The notes beneath the pieces were generated by a model. The model saw nothing but the letters and a program-made list of their open reading frames with translations. It was not told the DNA's origin and did not search any database. Below are positions 13,113 through 28,566 of a stretch of 64,000 nucleotides of DNA, piece after piece. Made by a program: the position numbers and the translations under genes. The DNA comes from Eledone cirrhosa (Eukaryota): positions 46,190,001 through 46,254,000 of the forward strand of contig OZ024745.1 of assembly GCA_964016885.1 (NCBI GenBank). Direction: 5' to 3'. Positions within the stretch are counted from its first letter, which is position 1. Each line of letters starts with the position of its first letter.

Positions 13113-16021
13113 CATCATCATCATCATCATCATACATCCGCTTTTCCATGCTTGCAAGGGTGGGACGGGTCTTATTCAGCACAGCATCTCTCCACTCGTC
13201 ACGGTCCCTCATCATCTCCACCGTGAGCTTCAATGATCTGAGGTCTGTTCTCACCACCTCCGCCCATGTTTTTCGTGGTCTACCTCTACCACGTCTTCCT
13301 TCAACTGGCAATTCCTGGCACTTCTTCACCCATCGGTCATCCACCCATGCGCATTACATGTCCATACCACCTCAGTCTCCTCTCCCGTACACTACATTCT
13401 ATCCCTCTCAGACAGTTTCTCTCTCAACACATTTATGCTGGGTCGTTCACGCACATTTACACTGCACATCCAACGGAGCATGCTTGCCTCATTTCTCTCC
13501 AGCCATCGCATATCCTCTGCAGTTGCTGCCCATGTCTCACTACCATGCAGCATCGCGCTCCTCACACAGGCATCATACAACCGCCTTTCGTACGCAGGGA
13601 GAAACCGTTCTTCGTCAACAGAGGAAGCAGCTCCCTAAATTTCTTCCAACCCGTTCTTATTCTAGATACTATGGCCTCAGAACACCCTCCTCCCATGCTA
13701 ATCTGATCTCCTAGGTACCGGAAGCTATCCACCACTTCTATAGCGCCCTCCTGCATTTGAAAAATGTGTCTATCAATGCGACTTCTACTGTCTAATTTCC
13801 CTGTACATCTACTGCATACATATTTCTCCCTACCTGTTAGTTTGCCTGCTATCCTGCTACATCTCTTGTGTACCCAGGATCTGCATTGTGTGCATTTTAT
13901 AGAATTTATGCCAGTTCCTTTTCTGCATATCGAACATGGCCATTTCCCTGACAGAATCAGGGTTTTGTCCTCTTTTCTACTCATCAACACTTTTGTCTTA
14001 GCTAGATTCACTCTCAGTCCTCTTGCTTCCAACTGCTGTTTCCATAGCCAGAATTTATTCTCTAGCTCCTCTACTGATTCTGCTATAAGAACCAGATCGT
14101 CAGCATAGAGAAGTTCCCATGGACAGCCAGTCTTAAACTCCTCTGTTATGGCTTGGAGGACTATAATGAACAAGAGCGGGCTGAGGACCGAACCCTGATG
14201 TACTCCTACTTGTATCTGGAATTCCTCACTAAACTCCATTCCTACCCTGACTTTACTGAGAGTACCTCTGTACAAAGTTTGCACTGTCCTCACAAGCCAT
14301 TCCTCAACACCTAGCTTCCTTAAGGACCACCAGATGACAGATCGGGGTACTCTATCAAAGGCCTTCTCTAGGTCAACAAAGGCTAAGTATAGTGGCTTAT
14401 TCTTCTCTAAGAACCTCTCTTGCAATTGTCTCACCAAGAAGAGGGCATCTGTTGTACTCTTCCCAGGCACAAAACCAAACTGCATCTCATCTAGTTTGAC
14501 CCTTTCTCTAATTAGTTGTGCTAAAATCCTTTCTGCCACTTTCATAACCTGATCTATCAGTTTTATACCCCTATAATTGCTCCTCTCCAAAGCATCCCCT
14601 TTACCTTTGTAGCAATTTATGAGAATACTGCTGCACCAGTCTTTGGGTATGACACCACCATATATAGCCTGATTGATGATGCGTGCAACGAGTTTAGTGC
14701 CTACGTCCCCTGATGCCTTCAGCATCTCAGCAACTATTCCCGATGGTCCGGCAGCCTTACCATTTTTCATTTTCATAATCGCCTCTTGGACCCTATATTC
14801 GTCAATCTCAATAGCTGGTCCCTCTGTCGGATCTACCAAGGGTAATTTCTCTCTCTCCCATTCGTTCTCCACATTCATCAGTCTCTCATAATGACATTTC
14901 CAGGCCTCCTTTTTCTGATCATTTGTGACACTAAGTACACCAGCATCATCCCGGACACATTTATCTCCAACAACATCCTGATTTGCATTGACACACTGCC
15001 TTGCAATGTGGAACACCGCACGCCTCTGATCTTCCCGTCGCAGAACATTGGCAAACCTCCTACTCTCTGCCTCCCTGCGTGCTAAGTACACCTGACGTCT
15101 AGCTTCTCTCTTAGTGGCTGTATATTCTTCCCTACTCCCACCCTTTTTCCAAGCCTTCCATGCTAGTCTTTTGTCTCTAATAGCCTTATCTACTGTGCTG
15201 TTCCACCACCAGGTCACTCTCTGTCTGGTTGGAGCTCTGCAGCAAGTTGTCACGTAAGAAATTCCAGTTATTATCTATGTCATGCGTCTCTAAATCGTCT
15301 TCTTTTTCGTCATATACATCTTGAAGGGCTTTCCTAAATTTGTATTTTAGTGAAAGGTCTTTTAGCTTCCAGACCTTTCTTCTCCACACCTTCCTATATG
15401 TCTCATTCCATCTCTTGCTTACTGAGATATCACTAACAACTAACCTATGCTGTGGGGTACATTCTTCCCCAGGGTATGCCTTGGTATTAGACACTATCTG
15501 CCTGTCCCGCTGCCTAACTAGTAAGAAGTCAATCTGGCTTATGTGCTCACCAGATTTGTAGGTTATTAGGTGATTGGCAGGTTTCTGGAAGTTTGTGTTG
15601 CAAATAGTCAATGTACCCGCATCACAAAATTCAAGAAGTCTCACTCCTTCATTTCTTGAACCGTAACCGTGCCCACCATGTACCCCAGTGTAACCATCCT
15701 GGAGCTGTCCAACATGACCACTGAAGTCTCCTGCTAGCATAACGATGTCTCCGTCCTCTGTCATTGCGGTTGTTTGCAAATGTTGCTCATAAAAGCAGTC
15801 TTTCTCATCTTTGCCTAGGCCTGCTTGGGGAGCATAGGCCAAGATGATTGTCAGTAGTCTCCTACCTACAACTAATCTAAGCTTAATTATTCGATTACTA
15901 ACTTGAACTACCTCTATTGTCTTATTGATCCATTTCTCAGCCAGGAAAATGCCTACTCCCCCTAGCCCATCATCCTTACCTACCCAAAATAGCTTATAGC
16001 TAAGACGCTTGCCTACGACTA
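13113..16021 (-). mobile_element. RTE-clade LINE, 5'-truncated within the APE endonuclease, frameshifted
   Basis: APE motifs (AYAPQ, LAGDF, SQIDF, QHRLV), RT motifs (QFGF, DLEKAFD, QGSVLSP, YADD), PHD finger and (GAT)n tail. Confidence 0.95.
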
Positions 16022-16387
16022 GTCACATATATATATATACATATATACGCACATATATATATATATCATCATCATCATCACCATTTAATGTCTGTTTTTC
16101 CTGCTAGTAAGAATTGGGTGGGTCTTTACTGAAGTGGGCTGCAGACCTCCCAGAAAGGCCGAGGGGTCTGCATCTCCTTTATATATATATATGACATCAT
16201 CATCATAATTGTTTAACATCTATTTTCCATGCTTGCACGGGTTGCATGCTGAGACTAGACTAATAAAATGACTAGGTCCTGCTCATACACTTTCTTTTGG
16301 CTTGGAGTCTATGGCTAGATGCCCTTCCTAACATCAATCATTTAATAGAGTATGTATATATATACACACACATAAGTATATATATAT

Positions 16388-16474
<87 letters not shown>

Positions 16475-16502
16475 TATATATATATATTTATATATATATA
16501 TT

Positions 16503-16584
<82 letters not shown>

Positions 16585-16758
16585 TATATATATATATATT
16601 AATTTTTAAAATTTTCTTATTTTACGTCTTTCATATAATTGTTCTGCATCCTCCTGCATTGAACCACCTAGGTACTATGACGTAACTTATGTATTTGCTA
16701 GCATTAGTGTACATCTGTACGCATATGTTGGTAAATATACTAATTCTCTCTATATATA

Positions 16759-19600
<2,842 letters not shown>

Positions 19601-20062
19601 AATGAATAATAACAGGTAGACATCATAAAAAGGTAATTTATTCCGTGTGCTTACAGAGCATTCTGCTCTGAGAATACAGTGGTCACAGCATTGGATATTT
19701 GAGTTCTGCAAATACTTGTAAATTTGCACATAGCATAACTAGGCTGTAGTACCACCGTGGAAACATTTGTAAGCACACGGAATAAATTACCTTTTTATGA
19801 TGTCTACCTGTTATTATTCATTCTTTATATACACTCCGGAATACAGAAGGATCAGGAACTAAGTTTCTTCAACAATGCTTCCATAACTCGTAGAGTAACC
19901 TCTCACCGTACGTCAACAATATCCAGTGTAGTAATTAACCATTACTACATCTTGGATAATCCTATACCTAATATATATATATATATTAGGTATAGGATTA
20001 TATATATATACTCTTGTCATTTCAAATAACTTATACATATATACACACACACATATAGATGT

Positions 20063-20093
<31 letters not shown>

Positions 20094-20110
20094 CACATAT
20101 GGAGGCACAT

Positions 20111-20457
20111 GGAGGCACATGGCTTAGTGGTTAGAGCATTGGCCTTGCAATCGAAAGGTTGTGAGTTCAATTCTCAGACCGGGTGATGTGTTGTTTCCTT
20201 GAGCAAGACACTTTATTTCACATTGCTCCAGTTTACTCAGCTGTAGAAATGAGATGATAGGGACTTGAGTCCCTATCATTCCACTGCAAAGTGGTCGTGG
20301 AGGTGCCACGGCAAAAAAGCACCCAGCACTCACTGTAAATGAAATTGGTGTTAGGAACGGCATCCAGCTGTAGAAATCAAGCCAGAATCAGTTCCCGTCC
20401 CACCCTTGCAAGCAGGGAAAAGTGGACGTAAAATGAAATGATGATGATGATGATGAT
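20111..20457 (+). mobile_element. SINE family 1 (followed by an inverted head fragment at 20467-20509)
   Basis: Near-identical to 2256-2600. Confidence 0.85.
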
Positions 20458-20509
20458 ATATTTTTTCGATTGCAAGGCCAATGCTCTAACCACTAAGCCA
20501 TGTGCCTCC

Positions 20510-20539
<30 letters not shown>

Positions 20540-20541
<2 letters not shown>

Positions 20542-21135
20542 ATAATATATAGTAAGAAACACAGTAAACCGTGTGTCTAAAATTACAAGGGTTGAAAAAC
20601 CACATTTGTTTGAAATATTTAACCAAGAAGCAGACAGATTGATAAAATATACAAACCGCCTCAATAACCATTATATCTCTCGGACAGATTATCCCTAATC
20701 TGCTCCCTCACAAGTTGAGCTTATTAAGTTGTGTGTGTTGGACTGTTATTTCTATTCAATACACGCTTACCACGTTTGACTAGCGGAGCACGAGGTGACA
20801 AATTCATCTTTCTGTGTGAACGTTGGCAAATAGTGTCTGTGGCATTTAATCAGAATCTCTCGCTGATGAAGCCCAGGATTATCTGTTACAAACACACTCA
20901 GGGCGAAACAGATTAGGGATAATCTGTCCGAGAGATATAATGGTTATTGAGGCGGTTTGTATATTTTATCATTCTGTCTGCTTCTTGGTTAAATATTTCA
21001 AACAAATGTGGTTTTTCAACCCTTGTAATTTTAGACACACGGTTTACTGTGTTTCTTACTATATATTATTAATCGGCTCAGTATTTATACTTGGAGCTTA
21101 ATAGTTGCAGGGTTCCAATTGAGTGTTAACTCTAA
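20540..21135 (+). mobile_element. Hammerhead-bearing fold-back element (PLE pseudo-LTR-like)
   Basis: 20540-20702 is the reverse complement of 20909-21070. Flanked by (TA)n on both sides. Confidence 0.7.
20855..20936 (+). ncRNA. Complete type I hammerhead ribozyme
   Basis: Stem I AUCUCUCG/CGAGAGAU, core CUGAUGA plus one extra A, stem II GCCC/GGGC, GAAA, stem III ACAGAUUA/UAAUCUGU with GGGA loop, GUC triplet (cleavage after 20928). Confidence 0.85.
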
Positions 21136-21136
21136 T

Positions 21137-21189
<53 letters not shown>

Positions 21190-23481
21190 TATATATATTA
21201 TATAAATATATGGATAGTATATATATGTCTGCCACTCTTGCCTCAAGTGGGAAAACTCCTGTCCAAACCCATGCAAGTGTGGAACATGGACGTTAAACGA
21301 TGATGATGATGATGATGATGCATGTGTATGTACATATATATATATATATATCATCATCACCGTTTTACGTCCGTTCTTCCACGCTAGCATGGGTTAGATA
21401 TATATATATAAAGAGAGAGAGGGGGGGAGAGGAGGGAACAATGTTTCAATTTAAAATTTTTTTTATTCTTTATTAAACATGATGTGTTTTGCAGCTGATC
21501 AGCTTGAGTTGTTAATGTAGACTCTCAACTTGGCTGTGGCATCCATCTGCCATAACAAACATTACTCACTAACCAACTATATATATATTTATAGACATAT
21601 ATATATCATCGTCATTGTTTTTACGTCCATTTTTCCATGCTTATATTCGTATGTGGTTGACGGCTGAGAGAGAAGAGTACTCAATACCAAAATAGCAATT
21701 TTAATATTCATTTTATTAAGGCTAAATAGTGAGTCTTGTATGTATGTTATTCATACATACATCATCATCATCATCATTTAACGTCCATTTTCCACACTAG
21801 CATATACATACATACATACATAAATATATACATTCATATATATATGCACACATATATATATGCACACATACATAAGTATATACATTCATACATATATATA
21901 CGTTCATATGCATGTACACATATACGTTCATATGCATGTACACATAAATGCATTCATAAAGAGTAACCATGCACACACTCATATACACCTATTACATAAG
22001 TGCATTGACACATTCATATGCTTATATACACACTAATTCACTCATGCATTCACAAATTCCTGGGACTCTCTTGCTTTGCAGCATAGTTACGGCTCTTTAC
22101 ACTCAGGCTTCAAATGCCACTGGGGTTAACTTTGCCTTTCATCCTTATGGTGTTAAAAGAATAAAGTAAATGTACTGGAGTCGATTTAGTCGACTTTCCC
22201 CTTCCCTTCAAATTGATAGCCTTGTGCCAAAAGTAAAAACAATTATTATCATAAATAATTTCTCAACACAATTCATGCTACCTAAGGTTTCAAAGTTTAC
22301 TCTAGCATAAGTCATAGAGACATTATGTATGCTAGTGTTGTTTATCTTTCAAGCAAGAATAAGCAGCACTATATATAGTGTCTCTATGACTTATGCTAGA
22401 ATAGGCTATGAAAGCTTAGGTAGCAAGCAACTGTGTTAAAAAATTATTTATAATAATATATTTTGAGTTTTTTTTCTCTTACCTATTCTATGGAAACCCT
22501 TGACACTATCTGTATATATATATGCACACATACACTCATGCACACATACATAAAGAGCAATCTAAAACCAAATGTATAGCAATGAAAAACAAGCATTAGC
22601 AAAATTAAACGAAGTAAATTTAAATAGCACAGAAACTAATTATATTCACTAAAATCTATTTTCTTAACTGTAAACACAGGAAATATCTTAATCAAACAAA
22701 ATTAAAATTTTAATTGAATCAGTTCTATTCAATGGCACTACTTCAGATTATAATATTATGCTATTCTAAAATGTTTCTAAGACATAACATGCAAAGTAAC
22801 ACAAATTTCAGATAACAGTCAATATAATAAATAAAAGCAACCAAAACAGTGAGTTTGAGAAAACACCATCATGCCAAATATGTATAGTTAGTAATGAAAC
22901 TCAGTAGATGTTAGCATTCATTAATTTCGACTCAGGTTACTAATAATCAAAAATAGCAAAGGAAACTTTAAAAAGCTTGTTTATGAAAATGAGTATTGAC
23001 CCTAAACAATCTGCTATGAAGCAAATCTTTAATATAAGCCATAATCTTAAACTCAAATAAATTCATGTCAACATTAGAAAGGATGTATAACACTAGCTCC
23101 AAGAATACATGCAAATATCCAAATTTGTAAAAACATGTCACCTATGCTTATAAATATTAAAAAAAAAAAAGAATGTAAACACATGTTGAAATAATAACTA
23201 GTATCTATATATATAAAATATAGTAAAATGTTTCATTGGATCAGTTGGAATAATTTCATTAAGCTATGGACAAGATTGCCTTAATAAGCAAATACATTTA
23301 TTTTATCCAATCTCTATTTACTATTTTAAATCCATTGGATGCTACATGTTGCCAATAAAAACAAAATTTATAGAAGCATAAAATCACCATTTACGTCTAG
23401 ATCTGTATTGTCCATCAATAGAACAAAGTCTACTCTAAAACAAATGAAGCTACAAAAGGGAAGAATGAGATTATGAAATAC

Positions 23482-24057
23482 CTTAAGATGTCTCGCTGTG
23501 ATGTCCTTGCATAAAGAGATCTCTTTCTGAGTTAAATCCACATTAGATAGTGGATAAATGATTTCTCCAATGATTTCGTCTCTTGAGAACTTGTCAAAGC
23601 TGAGAACCACAAAGTGAAGGATAATGTCTTCAAGTTGGTTATAGTCAACTCCATAAAATGTGAAAGTTTCATCGTAGATTGGATTCAATGTCTTTCTGAG
23701 GATTCTGGTTTTGCGCTTGTATTTCTTGTCAGGCAAGAGCTGGAGCTTGATGTAGGGGTCACATACAGCAATTCCTGGTACTGATGGGTTCAGGTCTGAT
23801 GCTTTTAAAATTGTTACATGAAGAGCATTTTTCTTTGAATCATGCTCAATCGAAAAGTCTATGTTTCCAAGGTAAGGAACTTTTGCAGCAGATGAACTCT
23901 GAAACTTCTCAAAAGCCCCATCATATTTCTCGTTTTCCAATTCAAAGTCTTCTTTGCAACCGAAGGCCTCAAAAAGATACTTGCTTTTCTCAGACATCCC
24001 TTCTAAATCTTTTTCAGACGAAGTTCGTCCCCAATTATCTCCATTTGATGGACTTAC
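23482..24057 (-). CDS. Syt4: Duplicated C2A-like exon (C2A') with short linker and no TM; 5' boundary uncertain (24057, 24093, or ATG at 23997)
   Basis: Open frame of 192 codons from just after an in-frame TAG to AAG|gtattt, the same donor position and sequence as the canonical C2A exon. Hand alignment gives 97/131 identical residues with no indels. Confidence 0.8.
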
Positions 24058-24060
24058 CTA
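24052..24060 (-). promoter_or_regulatory. Candidate recursive splice site (TAG|GTAAGT)
   Basis: An acceptor AG directly abuts a perfect donor GTAAGT at the start of the C2A' open frame. The pyrimidine tract (gtccttttaaaacc) is only moderate. Confidence 0.45.
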
Positions 24061-24544
24061 GGTTTTAAAAGGACACTATTGTGATCTCTGATGCTTAAAA
24101 CAAATAAGACAATACAATAAAACAAATATTTAACCCTTAATCTATGTCTAAAGTTATATTTTTTAAAATTTAGTTTATAGAAATGAAGAAACTACCAAAA
24201 TTAACAGATTAAAGATATTTAAATATAGAAAACAATTATATAATAATATAGTGAAACAATATTTGTGATTGTGTGATTGAATATGTATAGTGAGTGTTCT
24301 TAGCTATCAGCTTCTATTTAAAAATAGGTATATAAGTGTAAACACAGTATTCTTAAGTTATCAAATTGGTGCAATTGTATAGTGCCAGAATAAGGATTAA
24401 CAGAATACTGGTTGTTAAGAATGAAAGTTAACAAGGAAATGTTTAATGATCATCTCTATCTCTTGAAGAGAAAATTGACAATAGGCAAGACTTCAAATCC
24501 CACCAAGAAGTGGCTGACCATAATCTGACATCTTACATATATGT

Positions 24545-25022
24545 ATTTGTATATATTATGGTGACTACTTCTCTCTGTGTGTTTATTTATGTGTGTATGT
24601 ATGTGTGTATGTATATGTATATGTGTGAATGTATGTCTACATGTATGTGTGGTAATATATGTATTTGTATATGTTGTTGTGACTACTTCTCTCTATGTGT
24701 GTATGTGTATGTATATGTGTATGTGCATATGTGTATGTGCAAGTGTATATATGTGTGCATACAAATGAGTTTATGTATGTCTACATGTATGTATGATAAT
24801 ATATATATTTATATTTGTTGTGGTGACTATCCTCTATGTGTGTATGTGTATGTGCATATGTGTCTGTGTATGGGTGTATATAAGTGTGTGTATGTGTGTG
24901 TATGTATATATATCTACATGTATGTATGGTAATATGAATATTTGTATATGTTATGGTGATTACTTCTGTGTGTGGGGGGGGGGGGTGCATTTGTGTTCAT
25001 GTATGTGTGTGTGCATGTGTGT
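24545..25022. repeat. Degenerate TG-rich tandem repeat, ~130-bp unit
   Basis: gtga(c/t)ta(c/t) anchor recurs at about 24561, 24679, 24823 and 24956. Confidence 0.6.
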
Positions 25023-25319
25023 AGCAATGCATTATGGGTGTAGGCATGGCCAGTTAGTTAAGAAGCTTGCTTTGCATTCATGAGTGGAATCCTGTCGGAT
25101 GGATTTTACATGTAATTCAAGCATCCATCTTTGTCATTAAATGTTTCAAACTGATTCTGCTTCGGAATTATGTTAATTGTACACGTGTCTGTGGAATGCA
25201 CAGTGATGTGTACCATATTTCAATGAGTAGGCAGTTCAGTAGATCAAATAACTGGAATACTCCTCATCAAACTCAATAAGTATCCATCTATATTTATTAT
25301 ATAAGGGGTAAAAACTCAT

Positions 25320-25622
25320 TTCAGTCATGAATAACCATGGGTTTTGTACCTAGAGTTCCCCATCTGAGGCACAAGCCCAGGCAAGGTGTTTTTGTGGAAG
25401 ACCAGCAGTCACCCATGCATGCCTGTCTCCCCTCTCCACGCCATTAATGTTGTTGAAGGGAAAGTCAAAGCTTGGCACCAGTGACATCCCAGCTCATTTC
25501 TCCAGCTGAGTGCAATAAAGTGTCTTGTTCAAGAGGCACAACGCACTACCCAGTCTGAGAATTGAACACGCAACCTTATGATTGTGGACCCAATGCTTTA
25601 ACTACTATGCTACAAGCCTTCG
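25320..25622 (-). mobile_element. Older SINE family 3 (second partial copy at 51833-52055)
   Basis: Head similar to family 1. Body ggaagaccagcagt...gggaaag shared with 51833-52055. Confidence 0.6.
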
Positions 25623-25734
25623 CATCATTTATATATTAATATAAAGTTCATATCACAGTTCAATTTTAAGGTTTAATTTCTAATATATGATTTAAAGTAC
25701 AAGAGTAGCAGCATTTTTTTCCCATCTGGATCAT

Positions 25735-27110
25735 CTTCTATACATATCACATGTTCATGCCAATATAGTTTCCTCTCTTGCACACTATATTTGGTTTCTC
25801 TAGTACCCAGTTTTTGTTAAGCTCATTTGTACTTTGTAGTTCATGCCAACTAACTTTACACATCCAGCATAGCATGCTCATTTCAGCCTTCACACATCCT
25901 TTGCATTCAAGACCCATACATCACACAAGAGAAAATCACTTTGTTACCAGCAGAGGTTATATCTCCCTAAAAGTTTTCAGCTTGTTCTTATTCTAGCTTC
26001 TTTACTTTTGGAGCACAATCTCCCACTGTGAATTATGTGACTTAGATAACAGAAGCTATCAACTACTGAGCATTTGAAAGAATGTACTTCGCAAGTGCTC
26101 TTATGGCTAACTTCTCCTGTGCATCTCTTACATACAAAGTTTTCCTTCTCTGTCCACTTACCTTTGATCCTACTACAACACTTGTGTACCCATAGTTTAC
26201 AATAGAATTCTTACTAACTACTTTTCTGCAATATCAAGCATAGTCACATCATGGATAACATTAGTGCCCTGTCCTGTGTTTCTTGCAAAATAAAACTTTT
26301 GTCTTTGCTAGGTTTACTTTAAGACCTCCAAATTCTAAGGTTTGCCTCCATGTTTGGAATTTTTTCTCTAATTTTTAATGGATGTAACCAGGAGAATTAG
26401 ATCATTGCCATACAGGATTTCCCATGGATACCCAGTTTTAAACTCTTCTGTTATGGTCATGATAATCATTATAAAGAGGTGGTGACCTAGAATTAATCCC
26501 TAATAGATACCTATTTGCACTTTAAATTCCTTGCTGAGATGATTGCCAACTTTTACCTTTCTGGCAGCATTTCTGAGTATAGCTTGCATGTTTTTCATGT
26601 CATTCATCCCCACCTAGCTTTTCTTAGTGATTACTTGACTACAAAGAAGAATACCCAGTCAAACGCCTTCTCCAGATATAATGGTTAAATAGACTTGCTA
26701 ATAACTTATCCTATAGTTGTCTCACAAAGAAAAGTTTACCAGTGGTACCCTGTTCTGGAACAAATCTGAACTGCATCTCACCTAAGCTAATTATTTTCTT
26801 AATTAGTTACACTATAACTCTTTCTGTTACTTTCATTGGGCCATCAATTTGTTACTTTTGTAGTTGCTTCTTTCTAGATCATTTCCTTTGCTTTTATAGC
26901 AGCTTATGATGATGTAACACTTGTCAGTAGGTATGACATCATCCTGTACTACATTTTTTACAATGTCATTGATTAGTGTGTGTCCTATTTCATCGGATAT
27001 CTTTTAGCTTCTCAGCTTCTTTGACTCTCCATGCCATTAAATCCTTAATATCCCTTTTCATCATATAACCACCAGCATCAATAGCTGGTCCCTGGTTTCC
27101 TGAAGTTAAT
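25735..27110 (-). mobile_element. Degenerate RTE LINE
   Basis: Stop-riddled similarity to the young copies, e.g. cccatggatacccagttttaaactcttctgttatgg and aactgcatctca. Confidence 0.75.
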
Positions 27111-28566
27111 GTTGCAGATAGTCAGATTATTTGCATCATAAAATTCCTTGTATCATATTCATAGCTTCCTGACATACCATAGTAGTGATCATGATGCTGC
27201 CCAGCATCTTCCTTAAAATCCCCAGTCAGTGTTACTGACATAACCCCTGTCAGAGACGAGGCTGTAGAAGCACAACAAATATAGTAAATTCTGTGAATTC
27301 CTAAATGAGAAAAATGTAACTCTTCATAAAGTACTTGTAACATACAGATGTAAGAGAGAATTTGATTGGTTGAGTTGATAGAATATTGGTTGATTTAATT
27401 AGTGGTTCACAGTTCATAATTCGTCACTGGTTATGTATCCATGGACAAGACGCCTGACTGTGATCTCATTCCACAACATATGCTTCACAGTACTATTTTT
27501 TATTGTTACAAGCAATTATAGTGTTTGAAAATTGATGATAATTTCATTAAGCTGAAATACTGGTTTAGGTGTTCTTACGGAGGAAAATTGCCATTTATTT
27601 TTAGAAAAAGGCTGCATAAGCATTGGATCAAGAAACTATTAACTGTAAATGCTACAATGATACAGGATACAATCACAATACACGTTGTGTTTAGACAGTG
27701 TATACCACAAGACATTAGATAAGGAAGGAAATACATATCAGCATCATCATTATCATCACTAATGTCGATTTTCACTGTTTGCATGGGTCAGACATAATAT
27801 ATATATATCCTTGAAACCTCAGATATACATATATAATTTTTTTTCAATGTGGTCTGCCCTTGGTGGTAGGGTCCGTACCGTAAATAGAACTCAATGTAAT
27901 CTGATGGCAAGTAATCCAGTGAAATCCATAGAAAGGTTCCGTGTTCCGCTGAGTTAATTCCTTAGATACAGAAGAAGATGGTCTGATTGAACCTATATAT
28001 GAAGTCTGATAGGATACAGTTATATAACTGCTATAGACCAGTCAATATATGTCAATATGATCAACCCTCCAAAACAATCGTAAAACAATGATATGAATAG
28101 GTAAATAACTCGACTTTGTTGTCATTATTTTCATTGTTAAATTAATACCTAATATATATATATATATGAAACAGAAAGTTATTTGTTGTTGATGTACTGA
28201 AAATATCAATAAATTATAGCTAAAAATACCTCTTAGAGAATTATATAGAAAAGTAGAGCAACTTTTACAAAGTTAGGCCATGGGAGATAACTCGCAGAGC
28301 AGTCTGAAATACACCCGCTCTACCACTGTTCTATAATTGTAGAGCGGCTGTGTGTGTGATGTTGACAGACGTGAGAATGATTACTCAGTACTGAAGTAGA
28401 GTTTAAATATGATCAACTGATGAATCTTCTTACTCTGGTATTTCACTTATGTACTCACACATCATCATGTCTTGTCTGATGATCCTGTGAGTCTGTGAGT
28501 ATAGAGGTGGAACTCCAGAGTAATAAGTCTCATCACCTAGCCATAATAAAGAATATTATATATATA

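Noticed and set aside
23998-24093. Simple mutually exclusive splicing of C2A' with the TM-C2A exon
   Set aside because: The canonical exon starts in phase 1. The good acceptor at 24093 hits TAA in that phase, and the in-frame phase-1 AGs lack pyrimidine tracts.
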